DNA of 44,669 bases. Origin: an uncultured Micrococcales bacterium (GTDB lineage: Bacteria; Actinomycetota; Actinomycetes; Actinomycetales; Microbacteriaceae). The notes beneath the pieces are model-generated. The model was not told the origin of the DNA, did no database searches, and saw nothing but the letters and a program-made list of their open reading frames with translations. Location: assembly GCA_913056225.1 (NCBI GenBank), contig CAJXMQ010000001.1:1-44669 (forward strand), given 5' to 3'. Numbering within the stretch: position 1 is the stretch's first letter; each line of letters starts with the position of its first letter. Made by a program: the position numbers and the translations under genes. Positions 37,517-44,669 of the stretch are shown piece after piece.

Positions 37517-38517
37517 TGACTACCAGCCCCCAATTGGTCTGACCTATTTTTTTTACCGCTCCAAATAGCAACCATTACCCCCGGGGCGGTGACCGCCAAA
37601 GAGAGTAGCCCAAATGCAAAGCTGGAAGCTAAGCCCTCCACGCCTGGAAGACCTACCAGCGGGAACAGAATAACTGCTGCAGATTCTCTGATCCCCCAAC
37701 CACTAATTGTGAGAGGAATAAGCATGGCAAGCAAAATCAATGGCACCAAAGCCAAAGCAGCAAAAAAAGACAGATCTGAACCAATCGCCCACGCTACAAA
37801 AGTAAATCCAGCAATATTGGTGATAACGGTGGCAAGACTTAGCGAGAGCTGAGCCCATCTAACTGATGGCGCCAACAAAGCAATCTTGGACGCCTGAATG
37901 ATGCTCGAAAGTCCTTTCTTGATTTTTCCCCTAGAAGTTTTGGTTGTCGCCCAAAAAGCCACCACCAGAACAATCAAAATGACCAAAAACAGGCCCAGCA
38001 GAGCTAAAAGCCATCCCGGCCAATAGATAAGCCCAAAAACAGATGTGAGACCAAAGGCCGCTAGCATCACTGCTATCAAAACTGACAATCCCGCCATTCT
38101 CTCCAGGAAAACAGCCTGGCCAGACACCACTAATCCTGCCTGTGATCTGGATCTGAATGCTCTGGCGGCGTCTCCAATAACCCCACCGGGAAGAGTCTGA
38201 TTCACGGCCTGGGATAAGAAATATTCACGGACCGCAGTTTTCTTATCCAACCTAACCCCGAGCTGAGCTGCGGTTAGTCTCCATCTGAGGGCAGAAAAAA
38301 CAATCTGCAGAACCAAGGCTGCCGCGGCCAAAACAAGCCAAAGTAGGTCAGCTGACACAATCAGCTGAATTGCCCGCTCACCATCAACCAGTTGCCACAA
38401 AAGCGACAGCAACACAATTGCAAAAACAAACCGCGATACCCCAATCACTGTCCTAGTGGCTGTTGATCTTGGAGAAGACTGAGGTTTGACAGCGTTTGCA
38501 GAAAAAAGATTTTTCAA
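37513..38517 (-). CDS. Flippase-like polytopic membrane protein (UPF0104 / lysyl-PG-synthase TM-region family)
   Basis: About 8 TM helices and an Arg-rich loop pattern (SALRWRL..., GDAARAFR) like the MprF flippase-like domain. I place the start at TTG 38517, overlapping the upstream TGA. The ORF-track start at 38604 would overlap the upstream gene by 91 nt. Confidence 0.65.
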   Translation of the reverse strand: MKNLFSANAVKPQSSPRSTATRTVIGVSRFVFAIVLLSLLWQLVDGERAIQLIVSADLLWLVLAAAALVLQIVFSALRWRLTAAQLGVRLDKKTAVREYFLSQAVNQTLPGGVIGDAARAFRSRSQAGLVVSGQAVFLERMAGLSVLIAVMLAAFGLTSVFGLIYWPGWLLALLGLFLVILIVLVVAFWATTKTSRGKIKKGLSSIIQASKIALLAPSVRWAQLSLSLATVITNIAGFTFVAWAIGSDLSFFAALALVPLILLAMLIPLTISGWGIRESAAVILFPLVGLPGVEGLASSFAFGLLSLAVTAPGVMVAIWSGKKNRSDQLGAGSQ

Positions 38518-39287
38518 CGCGCCCGCCTCAGCCAAATGACGTCTTTCCCAAACGACCAAATGAGAGTTGCCGCAACCGTGAAAGCAACCGTCAATACAAA
38601 CCATGACGGGAATATTGGTGCATTTAGGCCAATCAGGGATGCCACCTGAATCACCGAAACAACTTTTCGGCTGTATCTATCGGGCAGTGGCCTATTCAAC
38701 CAGGGAAGCAGGTTGGAGAAAGCTATAAACAGGTATCTTGGCAAGGCCAACAAAATAATCAGAGGTGAAGCTAGGCCAGCAGCCCAAATGTTGACTGCCA
38801 AAACTATAGCGAGTGCCGAATCCACCTCCATGTCCAACCGAGCACCAAAATCCGTGACACCACCAGTCTTCCTGGCATAAAACCCATCAAAGCCGTCTAA
38901 AACCAATGCGGGGATGGCTATGAAGACAATTATCCAAGGATTTACAGAAACAAAAATTGCAGAGAAAAGTGCTGAAACGGCCACAAACCTGCTCAACGTA
39001 ATCAGGTTTCCAACGCCTAGGTTTCTGTTTGGAAATCCTTTTCGAAACCAAAGGATTATTAGCAGGGAACCCAGTGAATAAAAGATCGTTGCAAGGAACA
39101 AAGCCATGGGTTGAAAACCAACCAACAAAGACGCCAGCAGCAGCATTGGTATTACGCCAACTAACAAATAGCCGATCAGCTTTTTTAGCACTCCGCGCCT
39201 CAATGGAGGCGTTTCTCCAAGCCCAGATTTATCGCTGGTGGGTGGCTTTCGCATCTGCCTCAGTTTACTATCGAGACCTGTCTCCAT
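38514..39287 (-). CDS. CDP-alcohol phosphatidyltransferase family protein
   Basis: Perfect family signature D-x2-DG-x2-AR-x8-G-x3-D-x3-D, seen as DGFDGFYARKTGGVTDFGARLDMEVD. About 6 TM helices. Confidence 0.85.
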   Translation of the reverse strand: METGLDSKLRQMRKPPTSDKSGLGETPPLRRGVLKKLIGYLLVGVIPMLLLASLLVGFQPMALFLATIFYSLGSLLIILWFRKGFPNRNLGVGNLITLSRFVAVSALFSAIFVSVNPWIIVFIAIPALVLDGFDGFYARKTGGVTDFGARLDMEVDSALAIVLAVNIWAAGLASPLIILLALPRYLFIAFSNLLPWLNRPLPDRYSRKVVSVIQVASLIGLNAPIFPSWFVLTVAFTVAATLIWSFGKDVIWLRRAR

Positions 39288-39332
39288 CTAGGGATTTCGA
39301 TCGCTGACGTAGCCCGGCCTAGCAAAGAAAAA

Positions 39333-39668
39333 TTAGCTCTGATCTGCAAGCTCATCAGGAACAGTTGTTTCAACGGGCTTGCCACCAGTCATGTAGCTTG
39401 CCCTTGCGAGCATGAAGCTTCCAATTGCACTGGTGATTAGCTGGGCGATTATGGCGATGATCCCCTTGATTAGATTCAGGGTGCTGTAATCCAAAACCAC
39501 GACACCGATGATCATAAATGAAACCCCCAAACCAGCAGCGGTTCCAACCGCGCTGGTTCTGGTGTAGACATCGGGAAGCTTAATTAATCCAATCGCTGCA
39601 GTTGCAATGATGAAGGCACCCAAGACCATAAAGGCACTGCCAATAAATGAAACTATTTCAGGAGTCAT
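39333..39668 (-). CDS. mnhG: Na+/H+ antiporter Mrp/Mnh subunit G
   Basis: Three-TM MnhG-like protein. The start MTPEIVSF overlaps the mnhF stop as ATGA. Confidence 0.8.
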   Translation of the reverse strand: MTPEIVSFIGSAFMVLGAFIIATAAIGLIKLPDVYTRTSAVGTAAGLGVSFMIIGVVVLDYSTLNLIKGIIAIIAQLITSAIGSFMLARASYMTGGKPVETTVPDELADQS

Positions 39669-39928
39669 CGCTTGCCTCCCTGCATCCATCTGGCAAGCGA
39701 AAGGACCGATAAGAATCCAAGCAGTGCAGAAATCAAAATAATATCCATCACTGAATCAATCTCAAACACGACTCCCAATACAGCTACCGTCCCAATGAAA
39801 ACGAAGAAAATTAGATCTCCTGCAACTGCTGAATTACCAGACGATGGCCCTTTCCAGACTCTAATTGCAGCCAACACAACTGCCAATGCAAGCAGGCTCA
39901 ATACAACCACCACGGTAAAGGTGCTCAT
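39665..39928 (-). CDS. mnhF: Na+/H+ antiporter Mrp/Mnh subunit F
   Basis: 87 aa with three TM helices. Identified by position and size within the mrp operon. Confidence 0.8.
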   Translation of the reverse strand: MSTFTVVVVLSLLALAVVLAAIRVWKGPSSGNSAVAGDLIFFVFIGTVAVLGVVFEIDSVMDIILISALLGFLSVLSLARWMQGGKR

Positions 39929-40317
39929 AGTTCAACCCCCTTGCTATCACCGATTTCTGGATTCCGGCGAAGACCTGCAATCAGTCGGTCGTGCGTCTGA
40001 CGAAGAGCGACTCTTAAGCCCTCGGCGTCACCCTCAACAAACATTCCGTGCACAAACATCTCACCTTTCTCACGGTCAACAGCGATCACCAAAGTGTCGG
40101 GCGTAATGGTAATCAAGGCAATCAAGATGGTCAGTTCGGTATCGCTCAGTGAATCCATCTTCACGCTCACAATGCCGGGGGCAGGTTTTCTACCGGGGGT
40201 GATTATCAGGGTAACCACTTGCAAACTGGTGACAATGAACTGCCAGACAAACCAGCCGATAAACCCAATTGTCCTCAGAGGAAGGCTCCACGGAGAACTC
40301 AAAAATGAACCTCTCAT
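39925..40317 (-). CDS. mnhE: Na+/H+ antiporter Mrp/Mnh subunit E
   Basis: 130 aa MnhE-like (ITLTPGT-type motif, seen here as ITITPDTL). Confidence 0.8.
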   Translation of the reverse strand: MRGSFLSSPWSLPLRTIGFIGWFVWQFIVTSLQVVTLIITPGRKPAPGIVSVKMDSLSDTELTILIALITITPDTLVIAVDREKGEMFVHGMFVEGDAEGLRVALRQTHDRLIAGLRRNPEIGDSKGVEL

Positions 40318-41942
40318 TCTCCAAGCACCGCCTTCACATAATCACCAGTGTCAATCAGTCCACTACTTGCCTGCTCTGCTAGTTGAAGCAAAACCTCTCC
40401 ACCCAATCCCAAAGCGACCGACAATCCACCAAGCATCAGTGCCGGCAAGATCAACATCACACTTACTCGAGTGCCGCGGTGATCATGCGGGTCTCCATCT
40501 GCACCAATGATCCCTCTTGGCGGATCAATGTGTTCAATAGCAAGTGCAGCTTCGCGCTCTACGGCTTCGTCGCTGATGGATGAATCCTCATATAAACCTT
40601 CACGTGTTCTAATCCGCTCTCGCGCTGCTAATAACTCAACATCTGTCTCACGCTTACCGTTGAATACATCTGCCCAAATCTTCATCATTGAAGCAAGCAC
40701 CAAGAGACTGGTGATGATCAACAGTCCAGCAATGACCACAGCCCCAGCATCAGCACTTGCTAACACCAGCGCATACTTGGCGACAAAACCTGAGAAAGGA
40801 GGAAGGCCAACAAGTGAGAGTGAACCAATCACAAATGCAGCGGTCACTAATTTCTCTCTTGTTCTTAGTCCAGAGACCCTGGATAGCATGCCTGAACCAT
40901 AAGTGTGTTCAATCGCACTGACTGTCAATAACAACGCCCCCATGACGATCATGTGGTGGACCATGTAAACAATCCCAGAAGTCAGCCCGAGGGGCGTGAA
41001 AAGTGAGACTCCGACCAAAATAAAACCAATACCACTGACCATCTGGAAAATCATCAATGTGCGCATGTTGTTCTCGCCCAGTGCGGCAAAAGCACCAACC
41101 ACAAGCGTCAACGATGCAAAAATGAGGATCGCCAGCATCCATGCACTTTGGCCTTCAAAAATCACTGCACTAATTCGATAGACGATGTACACCGCCACCT
41201 TTGTGTGAAGGCCCGAGAACAAAGCAGCGACGGCAGGCGAGGCTGAGGCATAGGCCCTCGCAAGCCAGCCGTGGACTGGGAAAACAGCGGCTTTTACCGC
41301 AATCGCAGCCAGGGCAACTGCAGTCGCAACAGCAGTTGCTGGGTCCTCTCCCGCACCCGCCAGGGCAGCTAGGTTCACTGTTCCCTGAACCGCATAAATC
41401 AATCCAACGCCTGCCAGGAACAGTGTTGAGGCAAGCAGATTCACAACCACATAGAGTCTGCTCGCTGCCATCTGGCCCCGACGACTGAGGAAAATTAGTA
41501 AACCGTATGAGGGCAAAAGCATGACCTCGATAAACACAAACAAGTTGAACAAATCAGCGGTCAGCAGTGCTCCAGCGACTCCACCCATCAAAATCAACAC
41601 AAGTGCAGGGATTGCTGGGGATTGACTTTCGCCACTGACCATCATGTATAAAAAGCTGATAACCGCAACAAGCGTTCCCGCCGTGAGGATAAGGCTTGCA
41701 AAACTGTCGGCAACAAAGGCGATTGCAATTCCGCCAGGCCAGAGACCCACCTGATGAGAAACAACAGTCCCATCCGATGTCACAGCTAGCAATGTTGAAG
41801 CTCCGACCAAAAGCGCAAGTAATGAGCCCATGCCGATGATTGGCTGCAGAGGGTGCTTATTTGGAATGACAAACAACACCGCACCAAGCATCAGCGGTGC
41901 ACCGACAAATAGAGGCATCAGGGCAGAGATAAGTTCCATCAT
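40314..41942 (-). CDS. mnhD: Na+/H+ antiporter Mrp/Mnh subunit D (NuoN/NuoM-like)
   Basis: 542 aa with a proton-pumping antiporter-like fold and a C-terminal extension. Confidence 0.85.
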   Translation of the reverse strand: MMELISALMPLFVGAPLMLGAVLFVIPNKHPLQPIIGMGSLLALLVGASTLLAVTSDGTVVSHQVGLWPGGIAIAFVADSFASLILTAGTLVAVISFLYMMVSGESQSPAIPALVLILMGGVAGALLTADLFNLFVFIEVMLLPSYGLLIFLSRRGQMAASRLYVVVNLLASTLFLAGVGLIYAVQGTVNLAALAGAGEDPATAVATAVALAAIAVKAAVFPVHGWLARAYASASPAVAALFSGLHTKVAVYIVYRISAVIFEGQSAWMLAILIFASLTLVVGAFAALGENNMRTLMIFQMVSGIGFILVGVSLFTPLGLTSGIVYMVHHMIVMGALLLTVSAIEHTYGSGMLSRVSGLRTREKLVTAAFVIGSLSLVGLPPFSGFVAKYALVLASADAGAVVIAGLLIITSLLVLASMMKIWADVFNGKRETDVELLAARERIRTREGLYEDSSISDEAVEREAALAIEHIDPPRGIIGADGDPHDHRGTRVSVMLILPALMLGGLSVALGLGGEVLLQLAEQASSGLIDTGDYVKAVLGE

Positions 41943-42322
41943 GCAGACTCACCTCGCTCCGCCACAGACCCAGAACCTTGGTTGTTTTGCTCCGTGTCTG
42001 ATTCGTTTTCGGTTTGAGTGTCTAGTTCGGTGTCATCATCATCACGGCTTACTATCGCCAGTGTTGCCATCACCACGGTGATTGCAAAGGCAATCACGAT
42101 GGCTGTCAGAACAAAGGCTTGCGGTAGTGGATCCGCGGCCATCGAGGTATCTCCGCCAATAAATGGAGCATCTCTTCTGGCAACTCCCCCAGCAGAAATA
42201 ATCAATAGGTTCACGGCGTGAGTTAGTAAGACAAATCCCAAGATGATTCGAATCATCCCTCTCTGCAAAAGCAGGAAAGTTCCGGCAGCTGCCAGTAATC
42301 CGACACTCAATGCCAAGCTCAT
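41939..42322 (-). CDS. mnhC: Na+/H+ antiporter Mrp/Mnh subunit C (NuoK-like) with an acidic C-terminal tail
   Basis: 127 aa with three TM helices followed by the D/E/T-rich tail SRDDDDTELDTQTENESDTEQ. Confidence 0.85.
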   Translation of the reverse strand: MSLALSVGLLAAAGTFLLLQRGMIRIILGFVLLTHAVNLLIISAGGVARRDAPFIGGDTSMAADPLPQAFVLTAIVIAFAITVVMATLAIVSRDDDDTELDTQTENESDTEQNNQGSGSVAERGESA

Positions 42323-44669
42323 CGCTCGCCTCCTTTGGAGCCATTCATGCCTGGCTCATCATCTGAGCCTGCAATCTCTGCTGAATTCGCAGAAGCTGTA
42401 ACCTTCGAGGCTTGAGTTTGAAGCTGCTCAGGGAAGTCTTTAGCCACCAATACCGGGCCGGCGAAGCTCCTCGGTTCCTGAGTGGTCTCCCTAACCCCGC
42501 CCAACTCATTGAGCACCGCGATGATAATTGCCAACACCGCCAGGTATACCCCCAGATCAAACACCATTGCCGAAGTAAAGCCGTATTCACCACCCCATGG
42601 AAGCGGGATGTCGAACCTAACTGGCTTCAAAAATGAGCCAACCGCAAAGCCCCAGACTCCGCTGAGCACCGCAACAATCACACCCGATGCCAACAAACCA
42701 CGATAGGGCCAAACAACGGGAGCCTTGCTGTCAGCTGAGGCACCCAAATAGGCAAGGCCAAATCCAGTTGCGGCCACCAAAGCTGCAATGAACCCGCCAC
42801 CTGCCTCATAGTGGCCCCTGAAGAAAAGGTGAAAAGAGAGCAAGATAATCAAAGGAGCAGCCCATTTGGCAACCACCCTGACCGGCAAGGTGTTATCAAC
42901 TGTTCTGCCCAGCGCAGTGTTTGCCCACCTTGAGATATCAGGCGTGATTTCGTTAAGCACTTTGCGAGAGCGCAGAATGCCAATCACAACTATCCCGGCA
43001 ACAGCGATCACCGTCAGCTCGCCAAAGGTATCCAAAGCACGGTAGTCAACCAAAATCGTGTTCACAACATTGGTTCCTCCCGTGTCTTTATAAGCCTCGT
43101 CCAAGAAATGTTGGCCAACAGGAGACATTTCACGCCTGCCAGTGAAGGCAAAGGTTGCCAGGGTTGCCACCACCCCAACTGAAACTGCCATCAGGCCAGT
43201 GAGCAACTGTCTCGATCGAGAGACAGCGTGGAAAACTTTTGGAAGTCTTCTAAGAATCAACACCAGCGCAACCACTGTCAAAAGCTCCACCAATAGCTGA
43301 GTCATGCCAACATCCGCGGCCCCTAAGGAGAAGAACCAGAGGGCGACAATAAACCCAGCGGCACCCACCAAAATCAGCGCTACCAGACGGAATTTCGTAA
43401 ACACCGCGGGTATCACGGTGACCGCCAGCAGACCGAACCAAACAAGATCAGTCCAAGGCTGTTCAGTGCTCACCAATTCTCCGACGTTTCCAATGGTGAC
43501 CAAAGAGACAACCGTCAACACCGCAATAATTACCCACGGGGCAGCAAGGTGCCCAAGTGGCCTATCGGTTCTGGTGGTGTCACCGACTTTTGTTCCAAGC
43601 TTGATCGCACCAACCCGGATTGCTTCGACCACATCGATTGCCTGGAAACTGAGGTAGCGACGCTCAAAGAATGTATCCAGAGACCTTCTCTGAGTGATAG
43701 CCAAAATCCCCAGCGCATAAATCAACAAAGAAAGCATTAGCTCGACGGTAAAACCACCAAAGACCTTGAAGCTTGCCTCATAAACGGTTCCAGCAGCTGC
43801 GCTACCGGCGGCGCCGGTCAAAGGATGCAGAACAAAGATAGCGGGTCCAAGGATAAGACCAAGTAATGCAGGTGTTAGGGCAGAAAGATAAAAACTTGGC
43901 TTTGCCTCTCGGACAGTTTCGTTCATTGAGTGGTCTTGGTCTTGCTCCACCTCACGGTTACTACCCCGATAGTTTGAAAACGCCCCAAACAAAATCCGAG
44001 CGGTGTAGGCAAAGGTGGTTGCAGATGCGAACACCGCAACAGCAACCAATGAAGCCCCCACCCAGTCAGCGTCACCAGTTGAAAGTATTTGACCCAGCAG
44101 GTATTCCTTGGAGATGAAACCAAGAAATGGGAAGACCCCTGCCATTGAAAGCCCTGCCAGCAAAGTTGTTATAAAAGTTGCTGGAAGCTTTCTCCATAAC
44201 CCCTGCAGAATGCGTATATCTCTGGTGCCAGCCTGCCTGTCGATAATTCCCACAACCATAAACAGCGAAGCTTTAAACAAAGCATGTCCCAATGTGTAAA
44301 GGGCAGCGGTTGTCAACGCGGATGGGGTTCCAACACCAATCAGAGCAACTATCAATCCCAACTGGCTCACGGTTGAGTAGGCCATGATCTCTTTTAGGTC
44401 GAATCTGCGCATTGCAAAAATTGCACCCATGACCGCTGTCAGCAGGCCGGTAAAGATTAATAGAACCTGCCAAACAGGAGTTTCTGCCAAGGCAGGTGAG
44501 AACAAAAGTAAGAGATATATGCCAGCTTTCACCATGGCTGCGGCATGCAGGTAGGCGCTGACGGGAGTGGGTGCCACCATGGCATCCGGAAGCCACATAT
44601 GAAAAGGGAACTGAGCAGATTTGGTCATCGCTGCAATTGCAATCAGAACTGAGATTCCAGCCGTGAAGC
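42319..44669 (-). CDS. mnhA: Na+/H+ antiporter Mrp/Mnh fused subunit A/B (N-terminus beyond the window)
   Basis: NuoL-like region (FPFHMWLPDAMVAPTPVSAYLHAA) followed by an MnhB-like region (VVNTILVDYRALDTFGELTV). The ORF remains open to the window edge. Confidence 0.85.
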   Translation of the reverse strand, partial: FTAGISVLIAIAAMTKSAQFPFHMWLPDAMVAPTPVSAYLHAAAMVKAGIYLLLLFSPALAETPVWQVLLIFTGLLTAVMGAIFAMRRFDLKEIMAYSTVSQLGLIVALIGVGTPSALTTAALYTLGHALFKASLFMVVGIIDRQAGTRDIRILQGLWRKLPATFITTLLAGLSMAGVFPFLGFISKEYLLGQILSTGDADWVGASLVAVAVFASATTFAYTARILFGAFSNYRGSNREVEQDQDHSMNETVREAKPSFYLSALTPALLGLILGPAIFVLHPLTGAAGSAAAGTVYEASFKVFGGFTVELMLSLLIYALGILAITQRRSLDTFFERRYLSFQAIDVVEAIRVGAIKLGTKVGDTTRTDRPLGHLAAPWVIIAVLTVVSLVTIGNVGELVSTEQPWTDLVWFGLLAVTVIPAVFTKFRLVALILVGAAGFIVALWFFSLGAADVGMTQLLVELLTVVALVLILRRLPKVFHAVSRSRQLLTGLMAVSVGVVATLATFAFTGRREMSPVGQHFLDEAYKDTGGTNVVNTILVDYRALDTFGELTVIAVAGIVVIGILRSRKVLNEITPDISRWANTALGRTVDNTLPVRVVAKWAAPLIILLSFHLFFRGHYEAGGGFIAALVAATGFGLAYLGASADSKAPVVWPYRGLLASGVIVAVLSGVWGFAVGSFLKPVRFDIPLPWGGEYGFTSAMVFDLGVYLAVLAIIIAVLNELGGVRETTQEPRSFAGPVLVAKDFPEQLQTQASKVTASANSAEIAGSDDEPGMNGSKGGER

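Noticed and set aside
1-44669. CRISPR arrays, tandem or interspersed repeats, IS elements, prophage genes, toxin-antitoxin pairs and recognisable defence systems.
   Set aside because: By-eye scanning of intergenic regions and the ORF track showed no repeat-spacer periodicity, transposase, integrase, nuclease/helicase defence modules or small paired ORFs. A computational repeat search would be needed to exclude short dispersed repeats.

Overview
This window reads as an actinobacterial chromosome segment with moderate GC by eye and very tight gene packing. The gene order resembles the conserved mycobacterial ndkA-folC-valS...clpX-clpP2-clpP1-tig...nei-rpiB...pepN...glbO...ettA neighbourhood; that comparison is from memory and was not searched.

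Positions 1-24.4 kb are core housekeeping. They hold ndk (partial), a DUF4233-like gene, folC, ileS, valS, clpX, clpP2, clpP1, tig, tRNA-Pro and tRNA-Gly. These are followed by nei, rpiB, a membrane protein, a cation/H+ antiporter, pepN, an MscS-like channel, glbO and a conserved hypothetical. The block ends with tesB, ettA, an SSB paralog, msrA, an EamA transporter and thioredoxin.

Positions 24.4-39.3 kb look more accessory:
- a small orphan Cys-containing ORF with its own promoter and operator-like palindrome
- putA
- a NitT/TauT-type ABC importer with two permease genes, followed by a DUF427 gene
- a roughly 6.8 kb cluster (32533-39287) encoding a RibD_C-like reductase, a SAM methyltransferase, a degenerate PTPS-like protein, a BchC-like MDR dehydrogenase, an FkbM methyltransferase, a GT4 glycosyltransferase, a flippase-like UPF0104 membrane protein and a CDP-alcohol phosphatidyltransferase

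The window ends in a translationally coupled mrp/mnh Na+/H+ antiporter operon (G-F-E-D-C-A/B), truncated at the window edge.

I saw no rRNA, CRISPR array, transposase, integrase or obvious defence genes. The best candidate for an undescribed system is the pterin-like plus glyco/phospholipid cluster at 32.5-39.3 kb. Its product cannot be assigned from known pathways. All functional calls rest on motif-level reading of the supplied translations, with no database search.
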